Assembly: GCA_036231405.1 (NCBI GenBank)
Contig: JAZAHK010000003.1
Coordinates: 220,416-284,415, forward strand
Length of the DNA stretch: 64,000 nucleotides
Direction: 5' to 3'
Source: Nitrospinota bacterium
Lineage (GTDB): Bacteria > UBA8248
Positions 39,057-48,023 of this stretch are shown in pieces. The notes under the pieces are model-generated. The model was not told the origin of the DNA, searched no databases, and saw nothing but the letters and a program-made list of their open reading frames with translations. Both the position numbers and the translations under genes were made by a program. The first letter of the stretch is position 1. Each line of letters starts with the position of its first letter.

Positions 39057-40523
39057 CTAAAATTTTCTAACTCTATTGAATTTAGTATATAAAAAAATTA
39101 ATAAAATACCTACTAAAGTCACCGGTAAAGAACGATGTTTAAACATTAAGACCCAATCATCAACCCTAAAAATTGAGGAAAACAAGAATCCATTAAAATC
39201 CCATAAACACGATTCTGAAACATGACCGTTTGATTGAAGCGGCGTATTTGTAAAGCAAAATTTGAGGTGTCTATCATTAATGGAAACCCCAATAAAATAT
39301 GTAATGAAAGATATAAATCCCAAAAACAAGTAAAAACATCGACTAGCAATAGAAAATTTCGAAAAATGTTTTATTGAAACAATGAAAAATACTGCGGAAA
39401 AAACTGATATTGGGAGTAAATATCTAGGACCCCAACTCCAGCCACCAAACCATTCTATCGATTTAGAGTATCCGATCATCAGGAGTATAGAATAACCAAG
39501 TGCCCCAACTATAAAATAAATTCCTTGCTTAGTAATTTCAGTCCTACGAAAAATCAAATAAAAACCGAGAAAAAAGCTTGGGGCGAAAAAAATTATTCCG
39601 CGCGCAGGCGAAAATAAATGACCTAACATTCCCTTTAAGAAACTACCGGGAAATAACCCTTCTAACTCTCCGCTTTTCAATCCAACCATCGCCGTATAAC
39701 CATATTGAAGGAAATTTCCCCTTCTTAGAAAGTTTTCAAGAAACGAAACGGATAAACCTAGAACTATTGCGATACCACCCAAAACTAAAATCATATTTAG
39801 AAAAAAACCGATTAAAATACTTTGTGACTCATATTTTTTTTGATAAAAGAAATCCCATAAAACTATACCGATAAAGAGAAACGTAAAAACAAAAGAAAGT
39901 AATGGGTTAAGCCAAACAGCAAATGCCGTAGAGAGGAAAAATAAAAAAAATATTTTTTTAGGAATTTCTTTTACTTTAGATAGAAGAAAGCTCAGACAAT
40001 ATATGGAAACAAAACTCATAAATGACCAAGTTAATTCTCCGTAGTAATCCTTAGCATGCGGAATTATCATACTTCCAAAAATTAAGAAGAAGGTTGAATT
40101 CGTTGACTCAAGTTCATTGAATGAAAAAATTGTTTTAAGTGACAGGAAAAAAATTACACAAAGAAAAAAAACAACAATCTTATTATAACGTCGTACAATT
40201 TTTTCAATTCTTTCGAAACGATTTTTTCTAAACTCTAAGGTGCCTACTTTTAAATCTGTTGTAACTCTAAACCAAACATCTCCCAACAAATATAGTGGGA
40301 TCGAAAGAATTGGTTGACCCAAACTATACGGATCGGATGTCAATTTTCCTTCTTCCATTATCGTACGAAGAGCTTCCCATCTTTTTCCTCCATCTCCACT
40401 AATAACACCTTTATCGGAAAAAATTAGAATCACGAAAATAATAGAAAAGAAAACACATAATCTTTTCTTGCTAGAATTTTTTTTAAGAGGACAGGTCAGT
40501 GACAAATTAAGTTGCTCCTTCAA
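39057..40523 (-). CDS. Polytopic membrane protein, probable GT-C glycosyltransferase
   Basis: About 11 TM segments, an acidic residue in the first loop (SGDG), and LFSPARGIIFFAP and WFGGWSWGPRYLLP motifs. Confidence 0.6.
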   Translation of the reverse strand: MKEQLNLSLTCPLKKNSSKKRLCVFFSIIFVILIFSDKGVISGDGGKRWEALRTIMEEGKLTSDPYSLGQPILSIPLYLLGDVWFRVTTDLKVGTLEFRKNRFERIEKIVRRYNKIVVFFLCVIFFLSLKTIFSFNELESTNSTFFLIFGSMIIPHAKDYYGELTWSFMSFVSIYCLSFLLSKVKEIPKKIFFLFFLSTAFAVWLNPLLSFVFTFLFIGIVLWDFFYQKKYESQSILIGFFLNMILVLGGIAIVLGLSVSFLENFLRRGNFLQYGYTAMVGLKSGELEGLFPGSFLKGMLGHLFSPARGIIFFAPSFFLGFYLIFRRTEITKQGIYFIVGALGYSILLMIGYSKSIEWFGGWSWGPRYLLPISVFSAVFFIVSIKHFSKFSIASRCFYLFLGFISFITYFIGVSINDRHLKFCFTNTPLQSNGHVSESCLWDFNGFLFSSIFRVDDWVLMFKHRSLPVTLVGILLIFLYTKFNRVRKF

Positions 40524-40707
40524 AATTTTTTAATACAATTTTAATTCTATATCAGTTCTTCTTCATTTTCCTATGCATAAAAAAAGATGAGAAAAAACAG
40601 TTTGCGTAGATTTATATCTACTATGCTCTTGACTTTTTCCAAAATACATATTTACTGAAGATTACTTTAATAATCCTCTGAATCTAATTTTGGGAAACAA
40701 ATAATTT

Positions 40708-42033
40708 ATGAATATATGTGTTGTCGGCTGTGGTTATGTAGGTCTTGTTACTGCTGCAGCGTTTGCAGATTTTGGAAATGAAGTGGTTGCACTTGATATT
40801 GATAAAAAGAAAATTAAGTCGCTTTCATCTGGGGGATGCCCCATTTATGAGCCCGGACTGAAAGAGTTACTCGAAAGAAATAGAAAAGCAAAACGAATCC
40901 GTTTCACTACTTCTATTTCCAATGCAGTACAGAAAAGTGAAATAATTTTTATTTGTGTAGCAACCCCTTCTAAAAAAGATGGAAGCACAGATCTTTCACA
41001 AGTTAAAGCTGCAGCATCACAGATTGCCAAGAACGTAAAATCTCAGACAATAGTTGTCAATAAGAGCACAGTTCCGATAGGAACAGGAGAACTTGTAGAG
41101 AAAGTAATAAGAAAAAACTTAAAAAAACCAGTTCCGTTTGATGTAGTTAGTAATCCTGAATTTCTTCGAGAAGGACAGGCTATAAGAGATTTTTTTGAGC
41201 CGGACAGGATTGTAATAGGCTCCAATTCAAATACAGCAGCGGTGAAGGTAAAAGAGTTATACAAAACACAAAAGTGTCCGGTTATTTCTACAGATTTATA
41301 TAGCGCAGAACTAATAAAGTACGCTTCCAATGCTTTTTTAGCTACAAAAATAAGTTTTATAAACAGTATAGCCAATATTTGTGAAACAACCGATGCAAAC
41401 ATAGATGATATTGCTGTCGGTTTAGGGGCTGATAAGCGCATAGGGCAAGATTTTCTTCAAGCTGGACTTGGCTTTGGTGGATCATGTTTCCCCAAGGACT
41501 TACAATCATTACTTAGTACATCCATCGAACTCAAAGACCCTTTAAAGATAATAAAAGAGGTCATTGAACAAAACAAAGTAAGGGTGCCTAGAATTTTGGA
41601 TAGAATAGCTAAAAGAATTGGCACCAAGAAAAAACCTAAATTTTCGGGGAAAACAGTCAGTGTACTAGGACTTGCATTTAAACCAAATACTGATGATTTA
41701 CGAGAAGCCAAAAGTATAGAACTATGCAATGCGCTACTTAAAGAAGGAGCAAAAATTAAAGTATATGATCCTATAGCAATGGAAAAAGCAAAGGCTATTT
41801 TAAAGAGCAAAAAAGTGACCTTTTGTAGGAATCCTTATGATGCTACTGAAAAATCAAATGCCGCTATCTTCATTACGGAATGGCCTGAATTCAAACAATT
41901 AAATCTAAGACGACTAACAATGAAAATGATTAATGCAATAATATTTGATGGTAGGAATATTTATGATATTAATGAAATGAAAAAAGCAAATATAGAATAT
42001 CATAGTATAGGACGACCTAGTTATTATCCGTAG
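40708..42033 (+). CDS. ugd: UDP-glucose 6-dehydrogenase
   Basis: GCGYVGL, KSTVPIGT, SNPEFLREG, GFGGSCFPKD and FKPNTDDLRE. Confidence 0.93.
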   Translation: MNICVVGCGYVGLVTAAAFADFGNEVVALDIDKKKIKSLSSGGCPIYEPGLKELLERNRKAKRIRFTTSISNAVQKSEIIFICVATPSKKDGSTDLSQVKAAASQIAKNVKSQTIVVNKSTVPIGTGELVEKVIRKNLKKPVPFDVVSNPEFLREGQAIRDFFEPDRIVIGSNSNTAAVKVKELYKTQKCPVISTDLYSAELIKYASNAFLATKISFINSIANICETTDANIDDIAVGLGADKRIGQDFLQAGLGFGGSCFPKDLQSLLSTSIELKDPLKIIKEVIEQNKVRVPRILDRIAKRIGTKKKPKFSGKTVSVLGLAFKPNTDDLREAKSIELCNALLKEGAKIKVYDPIAMEKAKAILKSKKVTFCRNPYDATEKSNAAIFITEWPEFKQLNLRRLTMKMINAIIFDGRNIYDINEMKKANIEYHSIGRPSYYP

Positions 42034-42052
42034 TTTATTTGTCTTATATATT

Positions 42053-42985
42053 TCAAAGAGAATCGACAAAAAGAGCAATCCCATTCTTAAGACTGAATTT
42101 AGGTTTCCAGCCTGTTTTTTTATAGAAACTAGCCGATGACAAACTTATACTGTCCAATTCTCCCGATCTAAGAGGTAATTTTTCTACACTAGTTGGTTCT
42201 TTACCAAAACATCTGACTAAACAATCAAGAACTTCTTCCACCTTAGTAGCTATACCAGTACCCAAATTAAAAATTTCTCCTTGAAATTCTAACTCCGAAG
42301 CAATTTTAAAAGCATTAACTACGTCAGAAACATAAATATAGTCTCGACATGCTTTTCCATGACCAAATAGTTTCAAGGTTTCTTGATTATTAATTTTTTC
42401 TGTAAAAATAGAAATAACTCCAGATTCTAAATCTGACCTTTGTCTCGGTCCATAAACATTCCCTAGTCGAAAATTAACCGTTGAAAAATCAAATAATCTT
42501 GAATAAAGAGAAACATAATATTCTGCAGCCAATTTGCTAGCTCCATATTGTGAAATTGGTTGAACTTCATGATTTTCGTCTACAGGAATTTTAGTAGGAC
42601 TGCCATAAGCAGCACCTCCTGTAGAAGAATAGATGAACCTAGGCTTATGTTTTAATTTCTTTAGGGATTCAAGTAATAGCAAAGTACCGATAACGTTCAC
42701 ATTTGAATCTAAGCTCGGATCATTAACGCTTCTCGTAACACTTGATTGAGCTGCCAGATGAATTACCAACTCTGGGATAAAGTCAGAAACAACTTTTTGC
42801 AGAAAACCTTTCTCAGTAATATCCCCTTCTATAAAATCGCAAGAAGATGGAATATTAGAAATTTGTCCTGTTGAAAGGTTATCAATCACTAATACGTCAT
42901 GTGACGATTCGATAAAAGACTCACAAACATGGCTTCCAATGAAACCCGCACCACCAGTAACCATGCACTTAACCATAATAAACAT
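42053..42985 (-). CDS. NAD-dependent epimerase (UDP-glucose 4-epimerase-like)
   Basis: TGGAGFIGSH, HLAAQ, SSTGGAAYG, YGASK and NVYGPRQ. Confidence 0.9.
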   Translation of the reverse strand: MFIMVKCMVTGGAGFIGSHVCESFIESSHDVLVIDNLSTGQISNIPSSCDFIEGDITEKGFLQKVVSDFIPELVIHLAAQSSVTRSVNDPSLDSNVNVIGTLLLLESLKKLKHKPRFIYSSTGGAAYGSPTKIPVDENHEVQPISQYGASKLAAEYYVSLYSRLFDFSTVNFRLGNVYGPRQRSDLESGVISIFTEKINNQETLKLFGHGKACRDYIYVSDVVNAFKIASELEFQGEIFNLGTGIATKVEEVLDCLVRCFGKEPTSVEKLPLRSGELDSISLSSASFYKKTGWKPKFSLKNGIALFVDSL

Positions 42986-43133
42986 CCTTTAAAATTTTGC
43001 ACAAATAAAAAAAATAGAATAGATTAGTCCTTAGTAATATCCTTTAGAATCAAAGATTCTAAACAATACAGCCGTAAGGCACAACTTATTGAGTATTTAT
43101 TCACCGGAGAAAATTTCATGAAGCGGAAAATCT

Positions 43134-44255
43134 ATGAAGACTAGCTTTTTTATCAGAATTTTGGTTTGTGTCCTCCTATTTTTTTCAATCATATCATGTG
43201 AGAATAAAATTAAGAGTACAATCATTCATGAAAATAAAATATCTAGACATGGACATACAGAAATTTATGGTAACAATAAAATTATTATAATTGCAGGACT
43301 TACGAAAAAATTACCTATAAATTCTATTGAAATTTTCAACATAGAAAAAAACATTTTTGAAAAAAATATATCTCTTCAATTCTTAAAAAGAGGATGGCAT
43401 AGAACATCTAAACTGCAAAAAGACTTTTTTTTGATTTCTGGCGGTTGGACCAATGGAAATTTAGCATTAAGGGAATCGGTCATAGTTGAAATGCCTTCAT
43501 TTCAAATTAAAACAAAATCAGATTTAAATATCGGAAGATATGATCATACATCAACCCCAATTTCAGGCACTAAAATATTAATAACAGGTGGAAATGATGG
43601 GAAAAAAGCGCTTCGTTCAATGGAAATATTTGATTTCAAAAAATCAAAATTCACTATGAGCAAGCAACCAATGTACCTGAAAAGACAGCAACATACAGCA
43701 ACATTATTAAAAAATAATAATATTCTTATCTTAGGTGGCACCTCTGATAACAAAACCTCCTACGCAGAAATATACGAATTAAAACAATCTAGAACTAAAC
43801 TAGTAAAAACACCTTTAAATAATCCAAGAAGCAGACATACTTCAACACTCTTGATTGATGGGCGAGTTTTAATAACAGGTGGTTTGGGGCCAAAACGAAC
43901 ACTTAACACTGCAGAAACTTTTAACCCTAAAGAAAAAAATGTAACTTTACTAAAAAATAGAATGGCAGAATCACGACAACAACATACTTCAACATTGCTG
44001 CCAGATGGGAGAGTTGCCATTATTGGTGGATGGGGAGGTGTTGGTAAAACTTTAGATTCTGTAGAGATCTTTTATCCAACTCTAAACTGCTTCAAAAAAT
44101 TTGGTTTTCTCTCACAACCTAGAAGGTTTCATAGCGCGTCCTTAATTGGGAATAACAGAATTTTAGTCGTTGGAGGTGCTTCAGATGACAAAGTGCACTC
44201 TAACTCAGAAACCATTTCTCTTGGGGAAAAAAAGAAAAAAATATCTTGTAATTAA
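43134..44255 (+). CDS. Kelch-repeat beta-propeller lipoprotein
   Basis: Lipoprotein-like signal ending IISC; repeated R..HT.TLL.DG.VLI.GG units (6-7 copies). Confidence 0.85.
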   Translation: MKTSFFIRILVCVLLFFSIISCENKIKSTIIHENKISRHGHTEIYGNNKIIIIAGLTKKLPINSIEIFNIEKNIFEKNISLQFLKRGWHRTSKLQKDFFLISGGWTNGNLALRESVIVEMPSFQIKTKSDLNIGRYDHTSTPISGTKILITGGNDGKKALRSMEIFDFKKSKFTMSKQPMYLKRQQHTATLLKNNNILILGGTSDNKTSYAEIYELKQSRTKLVKTPLNNPRSRHTSTLLIDGRVLITGGLGPKRTLNTAETFNPKEKNVTLLKNRMAESRQQHTSTLLPDGRVAIIGGWGGVGKTLDSVEIFYPTLNCFKKFGFLSQPRRFHSASLIGNNRILVVGGASDDKVHSNSETISLGEKKKKISCN

Positions 44256-44422
44256 AAACGAAAAATTGATTTTCTGCAATTTAGGATTCTCTTTGTTGGT
44301 TGTCGTAAAACCCTTATCCTCTATTAATATCTTTTTTTTTCATATATTCTACTTTCATTAACTCTTAATTCTTTAATAACATTAGATCTATTTGAATCTC
44401 AGGTTTAAACGGGGGGATTATA

Positions 44423-45580
44423 ATGAAACTTCCTTTTGATGAAAACAAATTAGAAACATTAATGGACGAAATTGGTGCGGATTTAATTCTAGTATCGTCT
44501 AAAGAAAATGTTCAATATTTTTTAGGGGGATATCGATTTTTTTTCTTCGCACATAAAGACGCTCTTGGAATAAGCAGGTATCTTCCATTGTTAGGATATC
44601 CGAAATCACAGAAAGAAAAGTCATTCTACATTGGAAATGCCATGGAGGATTTCCAACATGAGGTAGAACCACTCTGGGTTGAAAATATACTGAACAATCA
44701 ATGGTTAACTGAAAAAGCTGGTGTAGATGCCGCTCTTTTCATTCGTAAAATCGGCCTTGGAAATGGAACAATTGCTGTAGAAAAAGCATTTCTCCCTGCA
44801 GACACATATGATTCTTTACAAAAAGAATTACCAAACGCAAATTTCATTGATGCAGCTTGGGCTCTAGAAGAATTAAGAGTTATCAAAACACCAGAAGAGC
44901 TGAAAAAATTAAAGAGTGCCTCAGAAAAAATTATAGAGTGTATGACAGATGTAATGCAAACTACTGCGCCTGGGACATCCACTTATGAGATTGTTGAAAC
45001 CATGCGTCGAAAAGAAACAGAAATGGGCTTAAGTTTTGAGTATTGTTTAACTGCTACTGGCCCAAGTTTTAACCGTGCTCCATCAAATGCAAAATGGGAA
45101 AATGGAAACATCATTTCACTTGATTCAGGAGGAAATTTGGATGGATATCTGGGAGATCTCTGCCGAATGGGGATTATGGGATATCCTACACCTTTAATGA
45201 CTGAACTACTAGATGAAGTTAAGTCTATACAAACCGCAGCGCGTGCAACCGTAAAACCAGGTGTAACTGGAAAAGAAATTTTTGAATCTGCCTTAGAAGA
45301 ACAGTCAAAATGTAATCACAAAGATGAAATAGTCTTTCTAGCTCACGGCATGGGAATGATACAACACGAAGCACCTCATTTAACTTCGGAAGGAGTAGTT
45401 CCATATCCTGGAACTTACGCAAACCGACCACTATCACCTGGGATGGTACTCTCTATAGAAACAGACATGAAAAATCCTGATGTAGGGTTCGTTAAGTTGG
45501 AGGACACAATTGTAGTAACTCAAGATGGACACGATGCATACGGAGATGAAAGACGTGACTGGGTTATAAACCAAAATTAG
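44423..45580 (+). CDS. M24 family metallopeptidase (Xaa-Pro-like)
   Basis: IKTPEEL; ligands in LDSG, GDLCR, HGMG, SIET and LEDT. Confidence 0.85.
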   Translation: MKLPFDENKLETLMDEIGADLILVSSKENVQYFLGGYRFFFFAHKDALGISRYLPLLGYPKSQKEKSFYIGNAMEDFQHEVEPLWVENILNNQWLTEKAGVDAALFIRKIGLGNGTIAVEKAFLPADTYDSLQKELPNANFIDAAWALEELRVIKTPEELKKLKSASEKIIECMTDVMQTTAPGTSTYEIVETMRRKETEMGLSFEYCLTATGPSFNRAPSNAKWENGNIISLDSGGNLDGYLGDLCRMGIMGYPTPLMTELLDEVKSIQTAARATVKPGVTGKEIFESALEEQSKCNHKDEIVFLAHGMGMIQHEAPHLTSEGVVPYPGTYANRPLSPGMVLSIETDMKNPDVGFVKLEDTIVVTQDGHDAYGDERRDWVINQN

Positions 45581-45611
45581 ATTACTGGATAATTGAAAAG
45601 GCTTACAAAAG

Positions 45612-46787
45612 ATGGATTTTGGGATAACCCCTGCAAATGAAGATCTGGTAGAAAAAGCAAAGACCTACGCAAAAGAAATATTCCAAAAACGTGCCGGAAA
45701 ATATGACCGAGAAGGTTGTTTTCCAAGGGAAAACTTCGAAGACCTATCTAAGTTTGGGTTCACAAGTCTCACACTTCCAAAAAAGTATGGTGGAAGAGAT
45801 TTATATTCAGATCCTTCAACCTATGCGATGGTAATTTACGAGTTATCTAAGGCGTGCACTAACACCGCAATGCTCTTTCATATGCATAGTTCTATAACAC
45901 ACGTAATCACTTTGTTAGGTACCGAAAAACAATCAGAATTTTATGCCAATGAGGTTAAGAATGGAAAAATTTTTGCAAGTTGGGCAAGTGAAAACACTTC
46001 TAGTCTTCACGGTCAAATGGTAATGGATACTAAAGCAAAGCTTACAAAGAATTGTTACCTTGTAAATGGGAAAAAATACTTCTGTTCAATGGCAGGAGAA
46101 GCAGACTACTACGTTTTATGGTGCCAATTGGAAGATGAAAAAGATTTATCGAAAAGTATTGTTCTGCTTGTTTCCCCTTCAAATTCACCTGGTTTTATTA
46201 TTCAAGATAAATGGAATGCTTTCGCAATGCGCGGAACGATGAGTCATTCCATGCTTTATAAAAATGTAAAAATTCCCGCTGAAAACTTAATAGGGACCCC
46301 GGGTGATGCAATTAGACCAGATGTTCTACCTAAGTTTGGATTTGGCTATTCTGCAGTTTATCTTGGAGCTGGTGGCGGCGCTTTTGACTGGGTAACAAAC
46401 TATGCCAAAAAAAGAAAATTAAAACCTGATAATGTCCCTATCGCAAATTTTCCAAACATACAGACTCGTATTGGGAAAATGAAAGTTCAACTTGAAAGTG
46501 CGCTACTTATGATTCAAAGAGCAGGATGGTTAATCGGCACAGAAGGTGCTGAAAATGCATACGGAGCTATAAATGAAGCAAAGTATGTGGCCGCTAAAAC
46601 TGCCGCAATGATCACAGAAAACGCAATGCAAATTGCAGGTGCTCCTAGTTTGTTACGAGACACTCCTCTGGAACGTTTTCATCGTGAGGCTAGAGCCGGG
46701 CTTGTAATGCCTCCCAACTTAGAAAAATCACTTGAGCTAAGCGCAAAAATTTTTGTAGAAGGAACTGCAAGCTCCTTAATGACTTGA
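45612..46787 (+). CDS. Acyl-CoA dehydrogenase-fold flavoprotein, paralog 1
   Basis: FPRENF, MHSS, NGKKYFCS, AMRGTMSH and LERFHREARAG; no GEG catalytic motif. Confidence 0.85.
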   Translation: MDFGITPANEDLVEKAKTYAKEIFQKRAGKYDREGCFPRENFEDLSKFGFTSLTLPKKYGGRDLYSDPSTYAMVIYELSKACTNTAMLFHMHSSITHVITLLGTEKQSEFYANEVKNGKIFASWASENTSSLHGQMVMDTKAKLTKNCYLVNGKKYFCSMAGEADYYVLWCQLEDEKDLSKSIVLLVSPSNSPGFIIQDKWNAFAMRGTMSHSMLYKNVKIPAENLIGTPGDAIRPDVLPKFGFGYSAVYLGAGGGAFDWVTNYAKKRKLKPDNVPIANFPNIQTRIGKMKVQLESALLMIQRAGWLIGTEGAENAYGAINEAKYVAAKTAAMITENAMQIAGAPSLLRDTPLERFHREARAGLVMPPNLEKSLELSAKIFVEGTASSLMT

Positions 46788-46814
46788 AAATTTAAGAGAT
46801 TCGGAAAGAAAATA

Positions 46815-47972
46815 ATGGATTTGAACACAAACCCAGAAAATGAAGACTTATTAGAAAAGGCAAGAGAGATTTCCACTAGTGTTTTGGCACCTAACGCAGA
46901 CAATCACGATGCCAACGCGGAATTTCCCAGAGAAAATTTTAGAACTTTAGTGGAGACCGGATTTACAAAATTAACTCTTCCGATTGAAGATGGAGGAAGA
47001 GACTTATACAGTGATCCTATAACATATATAATGGTATTCTATGAACTAGCTAAAGGGTGCGGTAGTACTGCTATGACTCTTCATATGCATAATTCAGTAA
47101 TGTTTTCTTTAATGAAATTAGGAACTGAAGAACAAATCTTACGGTACCGTAAATTTGCAAAAAGTGGAAAAATTTTCGCAAGCCACGCTGCTGAAATTAC
47201 TACAAATGCACAGTGGAACAGAGATATTTCTACAATTATTTCGAAAAGAAATAATCAATTTTTCTTAAATGGAGAAAAATATTTCTGCACAATGGCTGGA
47301 GAAGCCGATTTTTACGTTATCTGGGCTCTTTTGGAAAATTCTCTTAACACTTCTGAAGGCTTACGATTTGCTGTGGTTGATTCAAAAAAAGAGGGATTTT
47401 CCATAGCACATCGTTGGGATGCGTATGCAATGAGAGCAACAACAAGTCATTCTATGAAATATCAAAATGTTCAATTAGATGAAGAAGATATTGTAGGAAA
47501 AGCAGGGGATGTCGATAGAATTGATCTCGTTCCAAAATTCGGTCTTGGATATTCTGCTATTTACTTAGGCATAGGTGCTGCTGCACTTGAATGGACTACT
47601 TCCTATGCGAAAAAAAGAAAATTAAAACCAGATAATGTCCCTATCGCAAGTTACCCACAGGTACAACGACTACTTGGAGAAATGAATATTTCACACGAAT
47701 CTGCAAAATTAATGATACAAAGAGCAGCGTGGAAACTTGAAAAATTTAGTACCGAAGAAGCATTTTTAGCAATCAATGAAGCTAAGTATGCTGCTTCAAA
47801 AGCATCTGCTTTTATTACCGATAAAGCTATACAAGTTTTGGGTGGACCCGGCCTTTTTAAGGATTATCCAATTGAGAGATTTCATCGAGATGCTAGGGCA
47901 GGTCTAGTAATGCCACCAAATTCCGATAGAGCACTTGCCTCCATAGCAGAATACTATTTAAAAGAGGGATAA
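46815..47972 (+). CDS. Acyl-CoA dehydrogenase-fold flavoprotein, paralog 2
   Basis: FPRENF, MHNS, NGEKYFCT, AMRATTSH and IERFHRDARAG. Confidence 0.85.
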   Translation: MDLNTNPENEDLLEKAREISTSVLAPNADNHDANAEFPRENFRTLVETGFTKLTLPIEDGGRDLYSDPITYIMVFYELAKGCGSTAMTLHMHNSVMFSLMKLGTEEQILRYRKFAKSGKIFASHAAEITTNAQWNRDISTIISKRNNQFFLNGEKYFCTMAGEADFYVIWALLENSLNTSEGLRFAVVDSKKEGFSIAHRWDAYAMRATTSHSMKYQNVQLDEEDIVGKAGDVDRIDLVPKFGLGYSAIYLGIGAAALEWTTSYAKKRKLKPDNVPIASYPQVQRLLGEMNISHESAKLMIQRAAWKLEKFSTEEAFLAINEAKYAASKASAFITDKAIQVLGGPGLFKDYPIERFHRDARAGLVMPPNSDRALASIAEYYLKEG

Positions 47973-48023
47973 AACGAACACCTAAACTTTCAGGATATTG
48001 CAAGCTAGAAAAGGGGAAGATAT

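Noticed and set aside
27434-43000. Integrative element at selC
   Set aside because: No integrase or transposase, and I found no duplicated tRNA 3' end by eye.
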